Shown here piece after piece: positions 1 through 12,479 of a DNA stretch of 64,000 bases (positions are counted from its first letter, which is position 1; every line of letters starts with the position of its first letter). Below the pieces are notes generated by a model that was not told the DNA's origin, ran no database searches, and saw only the letters and a list, made by a program, of their open reading frames with translations. The DNA comes from Octopus bimaculoides. Its lineage: Eukaryota. The translations under genes and the position numbers were made by a program. Location: contig NC_068981.1 in the NCBI RefSeq assembly GCF_001194135.2, positions 167,711,784 through 167,775,783 of the forward strand, read 5' to 3'.

Positions 1-1577
1 ACCTCGTATTTTTACCAGTGTGGCGAGTACTAAACTATTTGGCTCTAATTTGTGCTTTTAATTATCGATATCATCCCCACCACCACCATCATCATAATCA
101 TCATCATCATCATCATCATCATTACCATCATTATTTTATAATTAGTAATTTCTTCCTTATGATCACCATCATATCTGTTCACCGCTGTCGTTGTCCGTAG
201 TCTCTGAGGTTTGTCAGTCCCATTTCATAATGAGACTAGCCACTCATCATACGCCTTCCTCCAAGTTTTCACACGGCTGGTGCTCTGAAACTTAGAGACA
301 AATATTAGAAATATTTATTAATTACCATTGATAACTTCAACAGTAGCAGAAACAAGAAATTAATCAGTAAGATGACTGGCGGCAAAGGCATAGGGTCCGT
401 CGAAACGACCTTATGGGTGTTGCACAGCATCACGCAGGCACCAAATAAACATTTGCAGAGAACATAAAAATAGGGTTTGGTCGGTATAAAAGTCCGTTTT
501 TTTCGGTACTTGACTGAAGAAAGATTGTCGACCAGACAATAATCTAGACATCATTGCTCCACTTATTTCTCCTCTCTCCAGTAACAAATGCTACACACCT
601 GAATTTATGACAATGTGAAAAAAGTTAGAGTAAAGCTAGAATACTTCAGCAGACTTTGGAAGGTGTGAAAGTCAGCGCTGTCCGCATTCAATAAGATTTA
701 TATCGTACGGCTTTTGTAACGCCACTGTTAGTATCAACATTTGATCTCCTGTGGAGATCTGCAACTTAGAAACCATGACTTGGATGATATTAATCCCCAA
801 TGGTAACTTTAACACTGACAAGCAGAAAAAGTGGGCAGCGGTGTATGGTCAGATAAAAAGTATCTCACAGACAATACTTGTTAAACAGTAAAATGAGAAA
901 TGAGCACGTCACATGCGTATACAAAAGAGGAAATCGATAACTTAAGAGTAGGTGAAGAACTCATCAATATACAACAGTATCAGCTAGATCACAGAAAAAC
1001 CCGACATATTGTATCTAATCGGAAAAGGTATTCATTTGTTCAAAATTCCAAGCCACTGCACATATACAGTAGTGAGTTAGCCTGCGAAACTTCTACTAGT
1101 GATTCCACCTGAGTGCTTCAGCTTGCGATCATGCCACGAATATTTAGATTTCCGAGAGCTATATCAGCGAATAACTTAACATCTGATTAATATCCCTCTC
1201 TTTCTATATATATTATGATATGTAACATTTACTTCCAGGAAGCATTATGTGGCATTATTTTAGTAACAGTTTAACTCTTGTACTCATAATTCTCTTGTTT
1301 TTTTCCCCATTACGGTTCATCACGTGTTTCATTAAATTGTTTCATTCACCAATTCTTTACGTCATCCTTTATAACAAGGCATTATGCCACACAAACTGTA
1401 TTGTTGTTTAAATTATTCTACTATTTTTTCTTTTCGTCTTATTTTTTAAAATATTTCTTTAACGGTATAATTTACATATTCATTTGTGTGCGTGCGTACG
1501 CGTGCTTGTGTGTATGCATGCATGTGAATGCATATATGTGTATATGTATATGCACATATGCACATATGCATATATGC

Positions 1578-1610
<33 letters not shown>

Positions 1611-1634
1611 TATATGCATATGTGTATGTGTATG

Positions 1635-1693
<59 letters not shown>

Positions 1694-1999
1694 ATGTGTG
1701 TGAGTGTGTGCGCGTGCGCGTGTGCGTGTGTATGCATGTATAGGATTCGCGATGCAAAGGAAAAGTCGAACTCAAAACATGATTGTATNNNNNNNNNNNN
1801 NNNNNNNNNNNNNNNNNNNNNNNNNNNNNNNNNNNNNNNNNNNNNNNNNNNNNNNNNNNNNNNNNNNNNNNNNNNNNNNNNNNNNNNNNNNNNNNNNNNN
1901 NNNNNNNNNNNNNNNNNNNNNNNNNNNNNNNNNNNNNNNNNNNNNNNNNNNNNNNNNNNNNNNNNNNNNNNNNNNNNNNNNNNNNNNNNNNNNNNNNNN

Positions 2000-2030
<31 letters not shown>

Positions 2031-2714
2031 CCCAAAGTTATATTTGAATCGGATTGTACTTGGGCATAACAATTTTAATTTAAAAAAAAATGTTCCAAAC
2101 TCTTGGCCACAACTGTAGTTTATCCGTAACAATGAAACCGACAAAATGCATATTCGTATACATACATACTTACATACACATACACTTATGAAAACATATA
2201 AACATTCATATACAGAGAATGTATGTGCGTGTGTATGAGGGTCGTGGGTGAGCGCGCCTGCATATTTCGATACACAAATATATTTTATTTATACATTTTC
2301 TTATTTTGCAAACTCAAATATGATTTTATATGCTGAATCTATCTGCTGATTTACGTGTTGGTCGAGCATGGCTGGGTTAGCCAATGAAGAGCACTTTTAC
2401 TTCCACCATATTTTATTTGTCATTTGTGATTAATATTGACTTGTTTTTATCATAAATGTCGTCTGACGACGCCTAATATTGCACTGCACAGAAACTTCAA
2501 GTAGTAACAAACGGCTCAACCTATTGCATTAAAGACATTTTCCTATATGTATTGAGCAGTATTTTACCGTTCATTACCACTACGTATGTTTATATGAATA
2601 AACCTATGTATAAATGTGTATATATGAATATGTGTGTGAATACGTAATATATGATATATAATACATAACATAATTTAATATAATACGCACATACACACAC
2701 GCACCTACAAAGTA

Positions 2715-3130
2715 AACAAAGAAATGTGCCGACTTTACCTATTTCTCTCTAGACTGAAAAAATATGACGAACAGACTTAATAGATTTTCGACACTTATTG
2801 GGACTTGTTCAGAGGTGTCTACATCACTTAACCAAACGTAGAGAAACAAGTGGCCAATCCGTTTATATAAACATCAAAACGCGTAGCTTCAGAGAACTGA
2901 AACAACTAATCACTTATGTAATAAACACTTTATTCATTATCAGAGACTTTTCAACAGGGAAACCCAGTCCGCACATTATCAAGGTTTGATAAATTATAAG
3001 TGAACTTACTTTGTAGATATACAAACATGTCAAATTTAATTATTTCTCTGTAGACTGAAAAAATTATGAACAACCTAAATCAATTTTCGACCCTTATTGG
3101 TGTCTCATCAGAAGTGTTTACATCACTTGA
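2715..3130 (-). repeat. Diverged ~300-bp tandem duplication; each copy carries a hammerhead-ribozyme-like core (Penelope/retrozyme-like)
   Basis: 2745-2830 aligns with 3045-3130. Minus-strand copy at 3075-3120 reads CUGAUGA-GACACC-AAUAA-GGGUC-GAAA-AUUGAUUU-AGGUUG. The copy at 2775-2820 reads CUGAACA-AGUCCC-AAUAA-GUGUC-GAAA. Confidence 0.6.
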
Positions 3131-3528
3131 TCAATGATATAAACATATACGTATTTTTTTTTTTTTTTATGTGAAATTTTGAAGCAATGTAACAAAATTT
3201 GAAATGTGATAGATCTGAGATGAGGAAAATAATGCTATTAGTAAAAAATATATAGTTTTATAGTTATTTCTTGTGACTTCTCTCTTCTTTGTCAAAGAGT
3301 GCATGAGCAAGATTGAGTAGATGGACGAACATCAAATTTTGTGAAACACAACTTTAACAAAGGTATATTTGGAACAGAAATAAGGAAATAAGAAAACGAA
3401 ATAATAAAACTATATTTTCTTTTCTTTATAAATATTACTGTAAATCCCAGACTACCTCTGATCTATGATAAAAGATGCTTTGGATATGACCATTTGTTTT
3501 ATTTACCGAGATATTATGTGTAATGTGT

Positions 3529-3901
3529 GGAGGCGCAATGACCCAGTGGTTAGGGCAGCGGACTCGCGGTTTCGATTCCCAGACCGGGCGTTGTGAGTGT
3601 TTATTGAGTGAAAACACCTAAAGCTCCACGAGGCTCCGGCAGGGGATGGTGGCGAACCCTGCTGTACTCTTTCACCACAACTTTCTCTCACTCTTACTTC
3701 CTGTTTCTGTTGTGCCTGTAATTCGAAGGGTCAGCCTTGTCACACTGTGTCACGCTGAGTATCCCCGAGAACTACGTTAAGGGTACACGTGTCTGTGGAG
3801 TGCTCAGCCACATGCACGTTAATCTCACGAGCAAGGCTGTTCTGTTGATCGGATCAACTGGAACCCTCGACGTCGTAAGCGACGGAGTGCCGACAACAAC
3901 A
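3529..3901 (+). mobile_element. Full-length tRNA-derived SINE (family B) with 13-bp TSD
   Basis: A-box-like TGACCCAGTGG and B-box-like GGTTTCGATTCC head, (CAA)n tail. Direct repeat ATGTGTAATGTGT at 3516-3528 and 3902-3914. The 3' part recurs at 43145-43312 on the minus strand. Confidence 0.85.
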
Positions 3902-4791
3902 ATGTGTAATGTGTCCTTTTTAAAGGCAGTCGGTTGTAATTAGAGATTTCCTTTTTGATTTGATATATTTGGGATTTTGATTTTTGTGTTTGTATTTCGT
4001 GAAATTCATTTGGTTTCTAACATCAAACATTAACTATTATCGCTCTAATGTTCAAACAAGCACTTTTTCCCTTCTATTAACATATCATTCTAGTTAAACT
4101 TCTTCTGTGCTTGCCATAGTTTTCGAGAAAAGTTATTAATATGTGAAGGCAGAAGGTGTTTCTTTTCACACTCATCTCTCATATAAATTTACGAAAGTTA
4201 TTAATCAGTTTTCAACAAGTTTCTACTTCTAATTTGGAAGATTTTTTTTTTTACTTTCAATAAATCTTCGGCTCACCTCAAATACCTGCTGTTAATTTTC
4301 TTTCAAAACGGGTTACTAGTAACTTAACTTTATTATTCTCAGGTAGTGGTAAATAAGCAACTTTAGGTCAACGTGAAGAGTTGTAATAATATATTTATAT
4401 ACTGTCTCATTTTATATCCTTCGTAGCCTGTCCTTCCGTATAAATGGCTTGTGCCAAAATATTTGAGTCCTATAAACTGGCTTCTCTTCAAGGCTATGAA
4501 GTACAGTTCTAATTATTTGCTGACTCTCTACAAATTTCGAATAGAATACACATACGAAAACAGTTCATATATCTGGTACAATGGTTTTTCTACACGCTCA
4601 AACATCACAGACCTCATCTAGTAGAACATCTGACTTATTTACAAAAAAACTTTCTTACCAACACACTTAAACTTCTTGCCCAGAGACGGTAGACGGTTTA
4701 TCTTCTCGTTCCCTTTCTCTTCCTCTTCTCCTCTTCCTCTCCCTCCTTCTCTCTCTATCTCCTCCTCCCCCTTCTTCTCCCCTCTCTCTTT

Positions 4792-4856
<65 letters not shown>

Positions 4857-4864
4857 CATCTATC

Positions 4865-4905
<41 letters not shown>

Positions 4906-5521
4906 NNNNNNNNNNNNNNNNNNNNNNNNNNNNNNNNNNNNNNNNNNNNNNNNNNNNNNNNNNNNNNNNNNNNNNNNNNNNNNNNNNNNNNNNNNNNNNN
5001 NNNNNNNNNNNNNNNNNNNNNNNNNNNNNNNNNNNNNNNNNNNNNNNNNNNNNNNNNNNNNNNNNNNNNNNNNNNNNNNNNNNNNNNNNNNNNNNNNNNN
5101 NNNNNNNNNNNNNNNNNNNNNTATATATCTGCATCTTCTGTTACTACAATGGCACCTGCCACTGGAATTCTCTCTCATTCGCATTTTACTGAACCTAGAT
5201 TACATTGATTTCATCAGTTTTAAGAGATTACGAATGCATTTGGACACTGCTCTTCCTTCTCTTGACGAAGCCATAATAAAATTGAAAACATGAAAACTGT
5301 CTGTATGTAGTTTGAAGGCCATGGCTAATTAAAACACTCTGAAGACCATAGCAGCTGTGAATCAGCCACGTGGAGTTTGGGTGAATACGGTCTAGGATGA
5401 TTATGTGTAGTAACACTAACATCTTAAATGTTGCGATTCAGGTTTTACCGGTGAAGATGTGAGATCATCAGGAGGTAAACAATGAGGACAAAACTGTTCT
5501 TTGAGATACATCAAAGTATGT

Positions 5522-5586
<65 letters not shown>

Positions 5587-6654
5587 TGGGGTAGTTGCAT
5601 TGGTATAAGATAAGAGAAACGAAATATGGAAGAAGATCACAGATAGGCATTTTCGTCATCAGATTCACATGCCAGAAAGTATCAAATATTGTTAAAAGAA
5701 ACCTATCCGTCATATTAGATTTCCCAGAGACACAATTTGTGTAGCCAATCTTATATACACTCAATGTCTTTGACAATTGCGATACATTAGAGAACTTTTA
5801 ACTCTAGATGTCGTATATTATAGCCAAGAGAGCGATATATTTTCTTACAGGACCACGATAATTGCGAGCCAACGCTGTGGCCTGTTAGAAATAGCGACTA
5901 ATATTTTCTCAAATCACGTGCTACTCTACATATTGGGTGATGTAGTCCTAGATACACTGTGCTTGAAATAAAAACGAAATGCTCATGACTCGAACGTCTT
6001 TGATTGTAGATCAACTTAGTCAGAGCTTGCCAGGGTTAAGCAACAACAACAATAACAGTAAATAACAACAACATCAACATCAACAACAGCAACAACGTCA
6101 ACAGCTGCATTCTGTCTAGCTGCTAACTATAATTAATCCGCAGAAATCAAGCGACTGTTCTCAGAATAATTACCAATTCTACCTTTAACATAACTTTCAC
6201 TCTCTCATTTGTTTTAAACAGTCGTAGAAAATATCCTACAGTTACGGAAAGAACAAGTGGACCATTATCCATTTCCAAGGTTTTCATACTTTCCTGTGGA
6301 GAATCAATATTTAATCTCCAATTATCCTATTTCGTATGGAATTCCAATTTATTCTGTTTGGCATTTGATAATTTTGAATTATAAGTGAATTCCCTTTTCT
6401 TTTTGTAAAGATATTATGAAAATATTTCTTTGTTTTTAACCTTCGTCTGAAAGCCACATACTGGAAATATTATATAAAACGTCTTTAAAAACATATTCAT
6501 TATTCAGATGCATAGAATATTGAAAATATTAGATACATTATTATAATTTAATATTTAATGCGTAAATATGCTTACATACATACATGTATACATACATACA
6601 GGCAGATAGATAGATAGATAAATAGATAGATAGATACATACATACATACATACA

Positions 6655-6688
<34 letters not shown>

Positions 6689-7473
6689 CATACATACATA
6701 CCATACCATAACATAACATATTGACGTTTCAAGGTTAAATGACCCCATTATCAGGATGTCACATCGTAGAATTACCGTTGCAGTTTGTTTTCTATTTATG
6801 CATTCCAATTATTATTACTATCTTCCACTTTGGTGTAAAGATTGTGGCGATTAATAGATTGTCGCAAATGGATAATTTTAACGCATTTTCTATATATTGA
6901 TTCTGACTCTTTGGCCTTGGGTAGTATTGGAATATCATTATAAAAATTTGTCGCTAATTATTGTTTATTCAGTGGGATATTATATATAATATTCCATAAT
7001 ATTATATAACGGTGGTAATTATTTGAACAGTTACCGTTACAAGAACAGCATTAAGTTATATTAAGTAAATGCATTGTGACACCATCTTGTTGAACATGCA
7101 TTAATGACCTACGTGAAAATGTATCCATTCTTTCTGTGAATATTTCTATATCAATAATATATCAATATCACGTTTAATCGAAATACGAAAGCTGTAAATT
7201 TTATTTAATCATATGAAGTCACACTAGCACATCACTTTTCCAAAGGTTAATAATGAATATGAAACAAGAGTGCTTTGTTAAGTATTTAAATATTATGGTT
7301 TGGTTAATTCTTTCTATTTGTGGGTTCTACGTTTAGATTTATGTGACCTTTAGTCATTTACTTGTCGTCTACCCTTTAAAGATGTAGTATCAAAGCCCTC
7401 GAAAACTTGACTGTACATGTATGTATGTATGTATGTATGTATGTATGTATGTATGTATGTATGCATGTATGTA

Positions 7474-7868
7474 TTCTTTTAATTATTTGAAATCTTCTTG
7501 CAAGGAAGGAGCTGTTTTCTAACAAAGACGCAGCACTCCCATCGTTGAAATGGAAGTAACAAAAAACAAATTCAGGTTTTAAACTTTAGAAACGTCCTGC
7601 ATATTTTCACTATTCCATTCACAGATTGCATTGGTAATGTATGAAGTAGCTAGCCGATTTCTTTTCCTGAAAACCACAGCTTATGTAGATTGTCTGCAGA
7701 GATTTACTTTCAAAACCAAGTGCACCAACCATTATTGGTATAAATATGAATTTATAATCGAGATATAGAAACTGGATGTTTTGAAATAGTTGTCCGTAAT
7801 TATCTTCTCTCACTTTGATTTTCAAAGAGATATTTACATCAACAGAGCAACTAAGCTCTATGACGATG
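7474..7868 (-). mobile_element. 5'-truncated R4/Dong-like RLE LINE 3' end with (CATA)n tail at 7417-7473
   Basis: ORF 7619-8014 contains SCSVDVNISLKIK...YLDYKFIFIPIMVGALGF, the RLE C-terminus. A 3'UTR follows and runs into (TATG)n on the + strand. Confidence 0.8.
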
Positions 7869-8400
7869 TATATGTACGTCTCTTCTACTTTTTTAATTAT
7901 TATAAATCTTCCACTGAGGAGGGAGCCGGTTTCCAACAAAGATACAAGGCTCCATCTTTGGGATGTAGTTAACACAGACGAATTCACATTTGGAACTTGA
8001 GTAAAGTGTTGCAAATTTTTACTGTTCCATTCACAGATTGCACTTATAACGTACGAATTGCCGGTCGATTTCTATTTCTGAAAATCCCAGTTTATCCAGA
8101 TTCTCCTTTAAGCATTTACTAACAAAACCTAGTGCTCCAATTATTATTGGTATGAATATAAATTCATAGTCTGGATATAGAATCTGGAGTTTAGAAGCAG
8201 TTGTCCATAGATATCCTTTTTCTTTGATTTTGAAAGAGATATTTATATCTGCAGGGCATCTAACCTCTCTAATGGTACATACCTTTGCCTCTCTGTCCCA
8301 AACAACAATATTTGACCTGTTATGTCTACATTTCACAGATGGGAATATCCAACCAGTATTCCTTGAGTTGGTGTTTATGAATGTTTATCAACGCCGTGTA
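7869..8400 (-). mobile_element. Second 5'-truncated R4/Dong-like RLE LINE 3' end, head-to-tail with the first
   Basis: ORF 8031-8336 HNRSNIVVWDREAKVCTIREVRCPADINISFKIKEK...YPDYEFIFIPIIIGALGFV is an RLE (PD..D/ExK) domain. Its 3'UTR is homologous to that of the neighbouring copy. Confidence 0.8.
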
Positions 8401-9299
8401 TATAATGACTGCCATACCATCAAAATGATATAAAATTAACTCTCTTAATAATACTGATATACAAAATACCCAAATTTCATATTGTAATTAATTTATACTT
8501 TATAATGTGTAACACATAACTTGTTTATAATAACCCGGCCTCGGTTCACTTAGGTGAGCTTCAGCTAGCAGCAACTGAAGCTTCAGCTATTTGCTAAAAG
8601 CATCGTTTTGAACAAAGATTCTGCAGTTATATTTTCTAACGAGAATCACAATTTGCGTAATCCAATTGATATAAATTAAAAACCATTCCCAGTTTTAATA
8701 CATTCGAAAAGTCTCTCGGGGTGCCGTAGATTACACAGAGCTGCATACATACGGAAGTGATATATGCTTTAGTAGAATAACGCAATGGTCGTTGCCCTAT
8801 GTAGCTGTCAATATAATAACAATTTAAAATACAGAAGAAACAAGTAATACTCTATGTCGGTAATAACCGCTTGTGAAGTTACTAGATTTGAATTAGAGTC
8901 GAGAATATGTTTACTTCGAGAAAAAAACATTTTTCCTTTTTCGTAAAGTTAATTGTTTACTGTTTATAGTTACATTAACCTCATAACATTACTTTACATG
9001 CTCAAAACTAAGAGCTTTCAAAAATGCATTCTCATCGACGAAGAGCTTTTCTTAAAACGTCTATATTCTCGTTTTCCCATGATGTACGACCTTATCAAAA
9101 TTTGCAGATTTCATCAATACTGAATTATATGTTACTACTGTAGCTAAATCGGAACTTTAACTGCTGTGGATTCAAATTTAACTAGAGTAGGTTTTGATAA
9201 TTTGGGATTTTGTTAACGTCTACATGTGCTTCATCTAGCAAGTTTAATCAACTCAGTTTTTCGACTCAGTTTTTCGAAACGCACACAAGTAGATACACA

Positions 9300-9339
<40 letters not shown>

Positions 9340-9569
9340 NNNNNNNNNNCAAACACACACATACGTACACATACAAACACATATACACACAAACACACAC
9401 ACATACAAGCACACACATACTCACACGTGCACATAAGTATACACACACGCAAGCAGCCTTTTCTCTATAATTCAGCATGTCAATTCGGCAATTTTATGCC
9501 TAGTTACGCAATACTTTAATACCTCCACCGACAACACCATCGACACCACTACCTCCATTACTACTACTA

Positions 9570-9664
<95 letters not shown>

Positions 9665-9799
9665 GGCGAGATCAATGCTTAACGAAATCAATATACCAGA
9701 AACAAAGTCACCTGAAGTTAATTATTCAATATAGCTTGTACTTGATTACATAGGTATGTATGTATGTATATATATATATATGGGAGAATGTACGAAAAA

Positions 9800-9902
9800 A
9801 AACAACAACAGACGAGGACAGGTGGTGTAAACAACAAAAGGATGTATTAGTATGACGCTCGGGAATACGGAAATTCTTTAACGTTTCGAGCTACGCTCTT
9901 CA
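9800..9902 (-). mobile_element. Penelope-like terminal-repeat fragment with partial hammerhead core
   Basis: GACGAGGACAGGTGGTGTAAACAACAAAAGGATGTATTAG...ACGTTTCGAGCTACGCTCTTC. Related copies lie at 22870-22930, 33030-33180 and 51255-51345. Confidence 0.55.
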
Positions 9903-10980
9903 TATATATATATATATATACAGAGAGAGAGAGAGGGGGGGGATTAGTTATACAATTCATTAGAATCTAGGCATATCAACAAGTAGGTCGCCAGGACTGG
10001 CTGGGTGTTTAACATTGAGCTTACAGTATAGCAAAACAACCATTAGTTATCATTTGTTGGTAGTATACTGCAAGTATGTACATGTACAAATNNNNNNNNN
10101 NNNNNNNNNNNNNNNNNNNNNNNNNNNNNNNNNNNNNNNNNNNNNNNNNNNNNNNNNNNNNNNNNNNNNNNNNNNNNNNNNNNNNNNNNNNNNNNNNNNN
10201 NNNNNNNNNNNNNNNNNNNNNNNNNNNNNNNNNNNNNNNNNNNNNNNNNNNNNNNNNNNNNNNNNNNNNNNNNNNNNNNNNNNNNNNNNNNNNNNNNNNN
10301 NNNNNNNNNNNNNNNNNNNNNNNNNNNNNNNNNNNNNNNNNNNNNNNNNNNNNNNNNNNNNNNNNNNNNNNNNNNNNNNNNNNNNNNNNNNNNNNNNNNN
10401 NNNNNNNNNNNNNNNNNNNNNNNNNNNNNNNNNNNNNNNNNNNNNNNNNNNNNNNNNNNNNNNNNNNNNNNNNNNNNNNNNNNNNNNNNNNNNNNNNNNN
10501 NNNNNNNNNNNNNNNNNNNNNNNNNNNNNNNNNNNNNNNNNNNNNNNNNNNNNNNNNNNNNNNNNNNNNNNNNNNNNNNNNNNNNNNNNNNNNNNNNNNN
10601 NNNNNNNNNNNNNNNNNNNNNNNNNNNNNNNNNNNNNNNNNNNNNNNNNNNNNNNNNNNNNNNNNNNNNNNNNNNNNNNNNNNNNNNNNNNNNNNNNNNN
10701 NNNNNNNNNNNNNNNNNNNNNNNNNNNNNNNNNNNNNNNNNNNNNNNNNNNNNNNNNNNNNNNNNNNNNNNNNNNNNNNNNNNNNNNNNNNNNNNNNNNN
10801 NNNNNNNNNNNNNNNNNNNNNNNNNNNNNNNNNNNNNNNNNNNNNNNNNNNNNNNNNNNNNNNNNNNNNNNNNNNNNNNNNNNNNNNNNNNNNNNNNNNN
10901 NNNNNNNNNNNNNNNNNNNNNNNNNNNNNNNNNNNNNNNNNNNNNNNNNNNGTGTGTGTGTGTGTGCACTCTCACATATA

Positions 10981-12254
10981 CAGTGACGGCCATAATGTAA
11001 GGGTCAGTAAGAACAAGTGCATTGAAATATTCATTATTGAAGATTAACAAAACGTTGAGACTAGATATTTTACACATATTTAGATATATCTAATGTCTAT
11101 TTTTCGTGAAAATTTCAAGTGAATGGAATAAAGTTATGAGGAAAATTTCAAGGGAATGGAATAAAGTTATGAGGAAAATTTCAAGGGAATGGAATAAAGT
11201 TATGAGGAAATAAACAAATAATCTTCCAAACTGCAACGGCCAAAAGTTAAGGGTCACTTAGGAAAAGTGAACAAAAAGAAACCCTTACTATTAATATTTT
11301 GTGAACGTCTCTTTACTCTCAATGACTTCCTGACATATGTTATCACAGGACTGAATCAATTTCTTGCAAAATGATGGAATAATATTGAGTTCATTATGGT
11401 GCTTTGGATTTCTCCTCCGCGTCCCATCTCCAATAATCTTCCAAACGTTTTCTATAGGGTTGAGATCTGGACTTTGAGGTGGCCAGTCCATGAGATCAAT
11501 TCCTTCATCATTCAAAAAATCCTTGACTCTCTTCGCAGTGTGACAGGGAGAGTTGTCCTGCACGAAGATAGGAAGTTGAACTGACCAAGATCAGAGATGT
11601 GGAAGGGCATGCTGTCTAAGAATCTGTTTTGCGCGATAAGTTGACATCGGATGTGGAGCTAAACTCGCGAGATATCTCAGCAGCACTCTCAAACCTATCC
11701 TTCAGTGACATTCTAACCATAATACGATCCTGTCTTGGTGAAGTTTTACGACGTCTACCGGTTTGGGGTTTAGCATCTGTCGATCCTGATGACTTAAAAC
11801 GAGCTACAACACTTCTAGACCTTCCTACAGTAGTTGCTATCACAGAATTTGACTTGCCTATTCGTGAAGGTACACAATCCTTTGTTCTTCATCACAGAAC
11901 GCCGGTCGTCTCTCACAAGTCACCATGTTGACAGTTGAATGTTCCAATAATGTAAGATCATAAGAAGTAAATGTTAGCCCATTAACAGTCTTCTAAGTAA
12001 CAAATACCTCGGTTTGTAGTTTATTTTTTCTAAGTGACCCTTAACTTTTGGCCGTTGCAGTTTGGAAGATTGTTTGTTTATTTCCTCATAACTTACGAAA
12101 TATTTATTCCATTCCCTTGAAATTTTCACGTAAAATAGATATTAGATATATCTAAAGATGTGTAAAATATCTAGTCTCAACGTTTTGTTAATCTTCTATA
12201 ATAAATATTTCAATACACTTGTTCTTACTGACCTTTATATTATGGCCACCACTG
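10981..12254 (-). mobile_element. Tc1-like DNA transposon, IR/DR type, internally deleted, TA target-site duplication
   Basis: Left end CAGTGACGGCCATAATGTAAGGGTCAGTAAGAACAAG is the reverse complement of the right end ...CTTGTTCTTACTGACCTTTATATTATGGCCACCACTG. Long TIRs at about 10981-11265 and 12025-12254. TA at 10979-10980 and 12255-12256. Confidence 0.93.
11291..11926 (-). pseudogene. Tc1 transposase relic: paired/HTH N-terminus fused to the DD34E C-terminus; frameshifted, first catalytic D region missing
   Basis: MVTCE...IVYLHE / GKSNSVIA...GRRRKTSPRQDRIMVR (GRPR-like linker), then QDNSPCHTAK...WPPQSPDLNPIENVW. Only about 200 codons remain versus about 340 in typical Tc1 transposases. Confidence 0.92.
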
Positions 12255-12269
12255 TATATCCTTTATCTC

Positions 12270-12460
12270 ATATTTGTTTCAGTCGTTGACTTTGAAGGAT
12301 TATAGTCGAACAAATCAACCCTAGTACTATATTTTCAAATCTGGTGCTTATTCTATGAATATATTTTGTCGAATCGCTAGTTTACGGGGAGGTAAAGAAA
12401 CCAATACCGGTTTTCAAATGGGGGCAGGAGTATAAACAGGGACGCAAAGACACACACACA
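12270..12460 (+). mobile_element. Degenerate SINE-like repeat (family D)
   Basis: TAGTCGAACAAATCAACCCTAGTACT...CGAATCGCTAGTTTACGGGG is homologous to 16703-16912. Confidence 0.6.
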
Positions 12461-12479
12461 AACACAAACACATGTATAT

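Noticed and set aside
200-290. Possible minus-strand terminal exon (tttcag|AGCACCAGCCGTGTGAAAAC...)
   Set aside because: There is only an acceptor plus short frames, which is not enough support without transcripts.
3529-3600. tRNA-like heads as tRNA genes
   Set aside because: A and B boxes are present but there is no complete cloverleaf, and they continue into SINE bodies with tails or TSDs.
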